Shown piece by piece: positions 40,287-48,061 of a stretch of DNA of 64,000 bases. The position numbers and the translations under genes were made by a program. The DNA comes from Candidatus Muiribacterium halophilum. GTDB taxonomy: Bacteria; Muiribacteriota; Muiribacteriia; Muiribacteriales; Muiribacteriaceae. The notes under the pieces were generated by a model. The model made no database searches and was not told where the DNA came from. It was given only the letters and a program-made list of their open reading frames with translations. The DNA lies in the NCBI GenBank assembly GCA_002869225.1, contig PKTG01000107.1, positions 9,623 to 73,622 on the forward strand, in the 5' to 3' direction. Numbering within the stretch: the first letter of the stretch is position 1; each line of letters starts with the position of its first letter.

Positions 40287-41741
40287 ATGAGAAAAAAAAT
40301 CTTGTTCTCGATTTGTATGTTAATGGCATTGACATTACTTGTAAACGCAGCACCAAAGGAAAAACAGGTGCTTCCAGCTTCGCTTACAGATACTGAAAAG
40401 GAATTTATTCAGAATAATTATGATCAGTATATAAATTCCAAGACTACTAGAAATGCTGAAAGACTTCCACAGGGAAACTTCTGGGGACCAGCTGAATTTG
40501 AACCTGCAGATGAAGTCATCTTCTCGTGGAATGGTTATTCAACTTTTCTTAAACAGCTTATTAAGTTTACCGCTGATGGTGGAAAAGCCTGGGTTGTTGC
40601 TGATAATGGTTGGTATAACACAGTGGATTCAGTAAAAAGAGAACTTGAAGACTATGGTGTAAATACTGATAATGTAAGAATGATCGAATACGGACTAAAC
40701 TCAGTATGGATGAGAGACTTCGGACCTTGGTTCATATACACTGAAGATGGTGATAGAGAAATAATCGATTTTAAATATAACAGACCAAGACCTCTTGATG
40801 ATAGATTCCCTGAAAAGGTTGCTGAACTTCTTGAAATACAAAACAATCAGACAAACCTTATAATGCCAGGTGGAAACTTTATTCTTGATGGTCATGATGT
40901 TGCGATTCTTACAGATGTTGTTTTCAACACTGCTCAGGGTGGAATGCCAAATCTTTCAGTTGATGAACTTAAGGATTACCTTAAGAAACTTTTCAATGTA
41001 AAGAAAGTCATACTTCTTGAACAGATGAAAAGAGATGGAACAGGTCATGTCGATATGTTCTGTAAACTTCTTAATGATACTACTTTCATCGTAGGTGAAT
41101 ATGCAACTCCTTCAGATGGTGCGGATGACAACTATTATATACTTAATAGAAACGCTGAAAAATTAGCTCATGAGACTAATGGAAATGGCGAACCTTTCAA
41201 AGTGGTAAGAATACCGATGCCAAAATATGACGGAACATCATATTCCTATACAAACTCCCTTATCTATAATAAAAAAGTATTAGTACCTATTTATGGTTTC
41301 TCAACAGACGAAGAAGCTCTTAACATCTACAGACAGATCCTTCCAGGTTATGATGTAAGAGGTTTTGATGCAAGAAACATAATCACAGCAAACGGTGCTA
41401 TACATTGTATCACAAAGATGGTAATGGCAGATCCTCTTAAAATCGAAGCGGCTCCAATCACTGAAACTAGAGCTGGACAGGAAACTACTATTAACTTCAA
41501 AGTAGATAGTACAAGAGAAAGAGAATATAACAAAGTTGCAGTCTATTATTCAGACAATCCTGAAGGTCCATTTGCTGAAGTGATGGCTAATGAGACAGAA
41601 GATGGTTATGCTGCAAACATTCCTTCAATGAGAGCAGGAACCACAGTTTATTATTTTATTCAGGCTGAAAGCGATAATATGTATGAGACTTTCCCTGAAG
41701 ATGCTCCTGAAAGAGGAATCAGTACTTTCGTAGTAAGATAA
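40287..41741 (+). CDS. secreted PAD_porph-family guanidino-group hydrolase (agmatine / peptidyl-arginine deiminase homologue) with an extra C-terminal domain
   Basis: Signal peptide MRKKILFSICMLMALTLLVNA from ATG 40287. WMRDFGPW, GTGHVDMF, and catalytic-Cys motif GAIHCITK. About 100 extra C-terminal residues. Confidence 0.75.
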   Translation: MRKKILFSICMLMALTLLVNAAPKEKQVLPASLTDTEKEFIQNNYDQYINSKTTRNAERLPQGNFWGPAEFEPADEVIFSWNGYSTFLKQLIKFTADGGKAWVVADNGWYNTVDSVKRELEDYGVNTDNVRMIEYGLNSVWMRDFGPWFIYTEDGDREIIDFKYNRPRPLDDRFPEKVAELLEIQNNQTNLIMPGGNFILDGHDVAILTDVVFNTAQGGMPNLSVDELKDYLKKLFNVKKVILLEQMKRDGTGHVDMFCKLLNDTTFIVGEYATPSDGADDNYYILNRNAEKLAHETNGNGEPFKVVRIPMPKYDGTSYSYTNSLIYNKKVLVPIYGFSTDEEALNIYRQILPGYDVRGFDARNIITANGAIHCITKMVMADPLKIEAAPITETRAGQETTINFKVDSTREREYNKVAVYYSDNPEGPFAEVMANETEDGYAANIPSMRAGTTVYYFIQAESDNMYETFPEDAPERGISTFVVR

Positions 41742-41762
41742 TAATAAACATTAATAGATAAT

Positions 41763-41793
41763 AAAAAGCCGGTCTTATTGACCGGCTTTTTTT
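41763..41793. terminator. bidirectional terminator
   Basis: AAAGCCGGTC / GACCGGCTTT stem with a 5-nt loop, followed by a T-run. Confidence 0.85.
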
Positions 41794-41824
41794 ATTTGAA
41801 ACTCCCAATTTGTTTCTTTTTATA

Positions 41825-42340
41825 TTAAGCTATCTTTTTATCAACATCTACAACGGATACTTTAACCCAACCATCTATCATATCAAGAGCTTGAGCATAA
41901 TCTATACTTTCTACAAAATGAATCTCGCTTGCAATAATATTTTTAGATTTTTTAAGAAGCCATTTATCCATTGAGCCTAATTTTTTCTGAAGACTTTTAT
42001 GAAATAGAAACTTTAAAGCATGAGCTACTTTTGTTATATCACAGGAGTTAACTCTTTCCTCCTGTTTTTTAAATTGATCTTTCCATTTTTCCTCTATTTT
42101 AAGTTGTAGTTTTTCGCTTAGAATATCTTTTACTTCATCTATTGTCTCTTTATCTATAAGGTATCTTAGACCTAATGAATTGGCGTTTGATGTTGGTACA
42201 TAAATCTCTTCAAGTTGTGAATCTGGTAGTATTATCCGGTAAAACTGTTTTGTCGTGTTTAATATTTTCTTTGATTCTATACCCTCAATTATTCCCGCCC
42301 CATGGAGTGGGTGAAAAACTATTTCGCCAATTCTATACAT
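41825..42340 (-). CDS. CarD/CdnL-family RNA polymerase-binding regulator
   Basis: YRIGEIVFHPLHGAGIIEGIE...FYRIILP...IYVP N-terminal Tudor-like motif. Confidence 0.75.
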   Translation of the reverse strand: MYRIGEIVFHPLHGAGIIEGIESKKILNTTKQFYRIILPDSQLEEIYVPTSNANSLGLRYLIDKETIDEVKDILSEKLQLKIEEKWKDQFKKQEERVNSCDITKVAHALKFLFHKSLQKKLGSMDKWLLKKSKNIIASEIHFVESIDYAQALDMIDGWVKVSVVDVDKKIA

Positions 42341-42361
42341 ATATAATACCTCCGCTTTTTT

Positions 42362-42658
42362 CTATTTTATTTTTTGATTAAACTTTTTAAATAGGTCGTT
42401 CAATTCTTTTCTTAAGTAATTCTTATCTAAAGGATTATTTGTTTTAGTATATTCCAATAATTCCTTTCCCTTGTCGTTAATAAAGACTAAATCAAAGTTA
42501 TAAGCTACAGAATTGCCTTTAAGACCATGTAGTAATTTTTGGATGATATCAATATCATCATCATTTAATTCTTTTTTATTGTCTAAAAGTGCTATACATT
42601 CTTCAAAGCGCTTTTTTAGATTGACCGAAAAATTTAAAAAGATTTCTTCCGTTGTCAT
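42362..42658 (-). CDS. Hpt (histidine phosphotransfer) domain protein
   Basis: LHGLKGNS phosphoacceptor motif in a 98-aa helical protein. Confidence 0.65.
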   Translation of the reverse strand: MTTEEIFLNFSVNLKKRFEECIALLDNKKELNDDDIDIIQKLLHGLKGNSVAYNFDLVFINDKGKELLEYTKTNNPLDKNYLRKELNDLFKKFNQKIK

Positions 42659-42840
42659 CTTGTCGTGTCTCCCTGATGTATCTCACTATAATTATCGGAA
42701 AATTTACATGTTTCGATTAAAAAAACAGTAGTAAAAATGTTGAAAAAATGCTAAAACAAATTGCTGGTAAAGGATTCTAATGAGTTCAGGTATCGGTAAA
42801 TCCTGAATCTTTTAAATAACAAATACAGAGAATCGATTAT

Positions 42841-42869
42841 TTGACCGTCGACATATTGTATATTATACT
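42841..42869 (+). promoter_or_regulatory. candidate sigma-70 promoter TTGACC-17-TATACT
   Basis: Read directly. It would place repeat B (42904-42975) in the 5' UTR of the GT2/radical SAM operon. Confidence 0.45.
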
Positions 42870-42903
42870 ACTTGAAGCAGTAGGTAGATAACAGAAAAAA
42901 TCC

Positions 42904-42975
42904 GGATTTTGGGATGAAGCTGGAGTTAGGATTTTGGGAAGATCAAAACCAAACCTAATCCATAACCCCTGTTTT
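42904..42975 (+). repeat. intergenic mosaic repeat B (GGATTTTGGGATGAAGCTGGA...CCTAATCCATAACCCCTGTTTT)
   Basis: 21/21 identity with the start of repeat A. The tail matches the inverted repeat E. Confidence 0.85.
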
Positions 42976-42990
42976 AAATTGGAGGATCAG

Positions 42991-43851
42991 ATGGAAGTTT
43001 CTGTAGTAGTACCAGTATATAACGAACAGCATATGATTAAAGAGACTATTGACACTATAAAAGAATCCTTCAAAGGTTCAGAAATAAGATATGAGATAAT
43101 AGCTGTAGAGGATGGAAGCTCAGATGATACCTGGGAAGTCCTTTCAGCAATCGAAGACATAATAATCATTAGAAATAAAAAGAACTCAGGTTATGGTTAT
43201 TCAATAAAAAAAGGCATGAAGGTCGCAAAATATAAAAATATATTTATAACAGATGCTGACGGTACTTATCCAAATGAAAGAATGCCTGAATTTGTTCGTT
43301 ATTTTCACGATAATAATCTTGATATGCTTGTTGGAAGAAGGGATAGAAAAAACATTCCTCTTATAAGAAGACCACCTAAAGCTTTTTTAAGAAAATTTGC
43401 CTCATATATCTCGGGATTTGATATTCCAGATCTTAACTCAGGATTTAGGATGTTCAGGAAGGATTATGCTATAGCTTTTTCAAAAATGCTTCCAGATGGT
43501 TTTTCTTTGACATCCACTATAACATTATCCTTTTTTTCTGAGAAACTGGATATTGATTATGTACCTATTAAATATGGTAAACGTGAGGGGAAATCAAAGA
43601 TTCGTCCTATAAAAGATACAATGGCTTTCTTTCATCTAATATGGAAGACTGTATTTTATTTCAATCCTTTGAAGATATTCCTCCCATTATCTATACTTCT
43701 TTTCCTATCAGCTTTGGGAATATTCTCTTATTCATTTTTTAAGCTTGAAAAAGTAATGGATATAACAACGATAGTCCTACTTCTTACATCGGTACAGATA
43801 TTTTGCATAGGACTTGTAGCAGATCTTATAGTAAAAAGAGGAAATATATGA
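42991..43851 (+). CDS. family 2 glycosyltransferase (polyprenyl-phosphate sugar transferase-like) with C-terminal TM helices
   Basis: VVVPVYNE, AVEDGSSD, and DAD motif (ITDADG). GGAGGA RBS before ATG 42991. Confidence 0.8.
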   Translation: MEVSVVVPVYNEQHMIKETIDTIKESFKGSEIRYEIIAVEDGSSDDTWEVLSAIEDIIIIRNKKNSGYGYSIKKGMKVAKYKNIFITDADGTYPNERMPEFVRYFHDNNLDMLVGRRDRKNIPLIRRPPKAFLRKFASYISGFDIPDLNSGFRMFRKDYAIAFSKMLPDGFSLTSTITLSFFSEKLDIDYVPIKYGKREGKSKIRPIKDTMAFFHLIWKTVFYFNPLKIFLPLSILLFLSALGIFSYSFFKLEKVMDITTIVLLLTSVQIFCIGLVADLIVKRGNI

Positions 43852-45269
43852 AAGTACTTCTAGTAAATCAACCTGATACAGAGGTAATACTTGCTAATAA
43901 TCCGGAGATACTTGAAGAGGAAAGAGGATATAACCCTCCACTTGGAATACTATATGTAGCCGGTGCTTTAAAGCAGGCTGGAATAGATGTGGAAGTTCTT
44001 GATGCGCAGGTTGAAAGATTGGATTATGAGCAGCTTGAAAATAGAATAAGATAAAACAAACCAGATGCAGTTGGTATGACTCTAATGACATTTACTATAT
44101 TTGATGTCATAAAGACAGCAAAAGTCGTTAGAAAGATCGACAAGAATATAAAAATAGTCCTTGGTGGTCCACATGTATTTATTTATCCTGAAGAGACGCT
44201 TTTACAGGATTGGGTTGATATTATACAGATAGGCGAAGGAGAGAAAAATACTCCTGAGCTTTTTAAAAATATTAAAGATCTAGAAAAACTGAAAACAATT
44301 CATGGTGTAGGAATAAAAAATGAGGATGGTACATTTCAGATAAATCCTCCTGATGAAGCTATAAAGGATCTTGATGATCTTCCATTCCCGGCAAGAGAAC
44401 TTACACCTATTCAAAAATATTCATCTGTTATAGCTAAAAGAAATCCCATAACGACTATGTTTACAAGTAGAGGCTGTCCTTATAAATGTCTTTTCTGCAA
44501 TCGACCGCATCTTGGAAAGACATTCAGAGCCCGTAGTGCTGAGAATGTAATAGAAGAGTTTAAAGTGTGTTTTGATCTTGGAATAAGAGAGTTTTTAATA
44601 TACGATGATACGTTCACAATTAACCGAGAAAGGGTTGTTGATTTCTGTGAACTTATGAAAAAGACTGGACTTAACACAAAAGTTGGTTTTGATATTAGAG
44701 CAAGAGTCAATACAGTTGATAGAGAACTTCTTATAATGCTTAAAGAAGCTGGATGTGAAAGAATACATTACGGTGTAGAGTCTGGTACTGAAAAGATATT
44801 AAAAGTCCTTAGAAAAGGTATTACACTTAATCAGGCAAGAGAAGTCTTTAAGATAACCAAAGAGGTTGGGATATCAACACTTGCTTATTTTATGATAGGT
44901 TCTCCGACTGAGACAGAAGAAGATGTTGAGAAGACCATTGATTTTGCTCTTGAACTTGATCCTGATTTTGTACATGTTACAATAACTAGTCCATTTCCTG
45001 ATACTCCATTATATGCAATGGCGCTTGAAGAAAATGTAATAAAAAGGGATGTTTGGAGAGAGTTTGCTAAAAACCCAACAAAAGATTTTGTAGCACCGCA
45101 TTGGAATAGAGAACTTTCGGATGAGACTTTGCATAGACTGATTAAAAAAGCTTATAAAAAATTCTATATGAGACCTGGTTATATCATAAGAAGACTTCTT
45201 GACTTGAGATCATTTTCAGAGTTTATGAGAAAAGCCAAAGCAGGTATAAAGGTGTTCCTGTTAAAGTAA
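43848..45269 (+). pseudogene. B12-binding-domain radical SAM enzyme with one in-frame TAA (44052-44054)
   Basis: ATG 43848 and ORF 44076-45269 share a frame. ..ENRIR-stop-NKPDAVGMT..VLGGPH is the B12-binding fold. CPYKCLFC is the radical SAM cluster. Confidence 0.8.
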
Positions 45270-45433
45270 TATATTTACTCGACGTAGCTAAGGCTATGTC
45301 TCCGTCATTGTCGTTGAAATCCATTTTCACAGTCATAAGAATCAAAAGAACTTTAAACCTTAGATATATGTTTGTTTTAATAATTATAAATGTGGATTTT
45401 TTATACGATTCTCTGTAGAGATTTTCAACAAAA

Positions 45434-45602
45434 GAAGCAGGGATTTTGGTCAGAATTAATAACTGAGACTTGGGATAAAACTGGATTTTGGGAAGATAAA
45501 AACCAACCCAGACCACAAACCCCAAATTCCAAATCCCACGCTTTGCAGATTCTATGCTTTAGTCCATATTACCCATTTCACTTCACGCTTTACGCTTTAC
45601 GA
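45434..45602 (+). repeat. intergenic mosaic repeat C plus ACGCTT heptad tract
   Basis: GAAGCAGGGATTTTGG, then CTGGATTTTGGGAAGATAAAAACC...CCCCAAATTCCAAATCCC (imperfect palindrome), then CACTTCACGCTTTACGCTTTACG. Confidence 0.8.
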
Positions 45603-45615
45603 AAATGTTTCATTT

Positions 45616-45631
45616 TGGCATATTCTTTGCA
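45616..45631 (+). promoter_or_regulatory. sigma-54 (-24/-12) promoter TGGCATATTCTTTGCA upstream of hsp20
   Basis: Exact GG-N10-GC spacing and a TGGCA..TTGCA consensus match, 41 nt before ATG 45672. Confidence 0.65.
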
Positions 45632-45671
45632 GTAATATAAGTAGGTCAAATAAATTAAGGAGGTGGGCATT

Positions 45672-46103
45672 ATGAAACTCACAAAATATCGTAATCGAGA
45701 AAACTGGTTAGACAAGTCTTTCTTTAACGATTTCTTTAATCTGGGACCTGTATTTCCAGAAATGTGGAAAACAGAAGGAAGTTTTAAAGTTGATGTATAC
45801 TCAAAAGATAACAAACTAAACATTGATGCCGAACTTCCATCTGTAAAAAAGGAAGACATAACTCTTGAACTAACCGAAGGGGTTTTAACAATTACTACAA
45901 AGAAGGAAAAATCGGAAGAAGTAAAAGAAGATGATTACTATTACAGTGAAAGAAGTTATGGAACAATGAGTAGAAGCTTTAATGTAGGTTCAGAGATAAC
46001 AGAGGATGATATAAACGCAGAATTTAAGGATGGATTACTACATATTGAACTGCCAAAGAAAGAAATAGTGAAAAATGATACAAAAAAGATAACTATTAAA
46101 TGA
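45672..46103 (+). CDS. Hsp20/alpha-crystallin small heat-shock protein
   Basis: AAGGAGG RBS. VDVYSKDN..IDAELPSVKKEDITLEL..GVLTI..ERSYG.. ..GLLHIELPK alpha-crystallin pattern. Confidence 0.9.
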   Translation: MKLTKYRNRENWLDKSFFNDFFNLGPVFPEMWKTEGSFKVDVYSKDNKLNIDAELPSVKKEDITLELTEGVLTITTKKEKSEEVKEDDYYYSERSYGTMSRSFNVGSEITEDDINAEFKDGLLHIELPKKEIVKNDTKKITIK

Positions 46104-46150
46104 TACAAATAAAGTAAAGCTTAAAGAGAAAAGTCATAAAAAGAGAGATT

Positions 46151-46183
46151 AAAGGAAGGACAAACATGTCCTTCCTTTTAATT
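46151..46183 (+). terminator. rho-independent terminator of hsp20
   Basis: AAAGGAAGGAC-AAACAT-GTCCTTCCTTT hairpin followed by T residues. Confidence 0.8.
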
Positions 46184-46210
46184 CTTGTTGATTTCAGATA
46201 ATATGACATC

Positions 46211-46984
46211 ATGATCAAAAATAAAATCGAACTTATAAATCGTACAAATTCACTTGTGCTTGATGCTGGAAGACTTGCACATGAGAGATTTATCAACAAT
46301 GATTTTAAAGTCTCTAGAAAAGAAGATAATTCTTTTCTGACTACATCCGATATCATGACAGAGGAATTTTTAAGGAAAGGTCTTTCGGATATTTATTCCT
46401 GTCCTATATTGGGTGAGGAAGAAGGACTTGATACGGAATCTTTAGATGACGAACTTTGGGTAATAGATCCTATTGATGGAACACATTCGTATTCAAACGG
46501 TCTTGCTCCATGGACTGTATGTGTTGCTTTGTTTGAAGATGGTAATCCTTTCTATGGAGCAGTTTATGCTCCTGCGCTTAATGAGTTTTATTATGGTGCG
46601 AAAGGTCATGGTAGCTTTTTTAATTATAAAAGGATACATTGTAAATATTTTCCATCTGATGAAAAGACTATATGCATTGATTCTAAGACTTTAAAAACTG
46701 GTATTGATCTAAAAAACTTAAAGAATGCGAAGATTCGCTCATATGGTTCAACAGCTCTTCATATAGTCCTGGCAGCTAGAAATGCAGTGCAGGCAAGTTA
46801 TACATTGCCTGTAAAGATATGTGATGTAGCAGCTGCACATTCTATAATAAGTGAAGCTGGTGGAGTGCTTTTATATGAAGATGGAAAAGTCATAGATTAT
46901 GATAGACTTTTTTCGGGAGAGTATCTGGAAAAACCAGTTATTTCAGGTAACATTGATAATCTGAAGATGTTATTTGATGTTTAG
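46211..46984 (+). CDS. inositol monophosphatase family phosphatase
   Basis: ILGEEEG, WVIDPIDGT, and a C-terminal ..DVAAAHSIISEAGG motif. Confidence 0.8.
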   Translation: MIKNKIELINRTNSLVLDAGRLAHERFINNDFKVSRKEDNSFLTTSDIMTEEFLRKGLSDIYSCPILGEEEGLDTESLDDELWVIDPIDGTHSYSNGLAPWTVCVALFEDGNPFYGAVYAPALNEFYYGAKGHGSFFNYKRIHCKYFPSDEKTICIDSKTLKTGIDLKNLKNAKIRSYGSTALHIVLAARNAVQASYTLPVKICDVAAAHSIISEAGGVLLYEDGKVIDYDRLFSGEYLEKPVISGNIDNLKMLFDV

Positions 46985-47063
46985 AAAAAGTAATTAGGGG
47001 GCAGGTTCCAGGGAAAAGGGATGGACTTGTTTAATCCTACCAATTGATGTAGAATCTTAAATT

Positions 47064-48005
47064 ATGAAGACAATAGGCATATCATTTCTGGACAGTTATC
47101 TGAAGAACTCAGAGTGTAACAATAAAAGATTTATTAAAGAACTTAGAAAGATATATTATTCAAGTCAACTTAATCTGGTCTTAGGGTCAGGAGTCTCGAA
47201 AGCAGCTGGTCTTCCGTTGTGGCCTCAACTCGTTAAAGAACTCTATATCGATGTCATAGTAAATAATTTTATGGAAGAGGAACCAGATTGGGAAAAACTC
47301 GATCTTAAGACAGATGAGCTTATTCTTCAAGCAAGATATATAAAAAAAGGTTATGGAGATCTTACAAAATTTGTTGAAGCAATAAGGAAAAATCTCTATA
47401 CCAGGGAAGTTGATGTTGATAATGATCTTATGCAGGCTATTGGAAGGTTATGTGTTCCTACAAGGGCAAGTCATCTGAAATCAATAATAACTTATAATTT
47501 TGACGATCTTCTTGAAAAAAAACTGGAGACTCTTAAAGTCGAATACAAAGGGATTTATGATTCGAATATTTGTTTTAATAAATCAGATCTTCCTATTTAT
47601 CATGTTCATGGATTTCTTCCGCAGGATTCTAAAGAGGTAACGACAAAGAACCTTATATTTAGCGATGATGATTATAATAAACAGGCGAGCGGAAAGATAT
47701 TCTCATGGTCTAATGTAATTCAACTTACCAGTTTCAAAGATTCCTGTAATCTATTCATTGGTGCTTCTTTTAATGATAGTAATCTTAGAAGGATACTTGA
47801 GATAGTTAAGAATAACTTTCAGGGTGTGGTTAACTATGCTATTCAGAAAAGATCTTTTGATTCAAAAAAACAGGATGAGAAAAATAGAAAATTCTGTCTT
47901 ATAAACGATTATCTTAAAGAAAATGTTTTGGATGAACTTGGAATAAAGATAATATGGGTTGATGATTTTTCGGAGATACCGGAGATTATAGAAAGTATAA
48001 AATAA
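47064..48005 (+). CDS. standalone SIR2-like (SIR2_2 family) protein, putative NAD-consuming enzyme
   Basis: LVLGSGVSKAAGLPLWPQL, ITYNFDDLLE, PIYHVHGF and LFIGASFNDSNLRRIL match the order of motifs in the ThsA/DSR-type SIR2 domain as I recall them. Confidence 0.65.
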   Translation: MKTIGISFLDSYLKNSECNNKRFIKELRKIYYSSQLNLVLGSGVSKAAGLPLWPQLVKELYIDVIVNNFMEEEPDWEKLDLKTDELILQARYIKKGYGDLTKFVEAIRKNLYTREVDVDNDLMQAIGRLCVPTRASHLKSIITYNFDDLLEKKLETLKVEYKGIYDSNICFNKSDLPIYHVHGFLPQDSKEVTTKNLIFSDDDYNKQASGKIFSWSNVIQLTSFKDSCNLFIGASFNDSNLRRILEIVKNNFQGVVNYAIQKRSFDSKKQDEKNRKFCLINDYLKENVLDELGIKIIWVDDFSEIPEIIESIK

Positions 48006-48020
48006 ACAACAAAAAATAAA

Positions 48021-48052
48021 AAAAGGCTATCCATTTGGATAGCCTTTTTTTT
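48021..48052. terminator. bidirectional terminator
   Basis: AAAAGGCTATCC-ATTT-GGATAGCCTTTT hairpin followed by a T-run. Confidence 0.85.
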
Positions 48053-48061
48053 CTTGTTCTT

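Noticed and set aside
42934-42990. The ORF-track N-terminal extension of the GT2 gene (TTG 42934) running through repeat B.
   Set aside because: The extension is encoded by the repeat element itself. A GGAGGA RBS precedes ATG 42991, and the protein starts with the normal GT2 N-terminus there.
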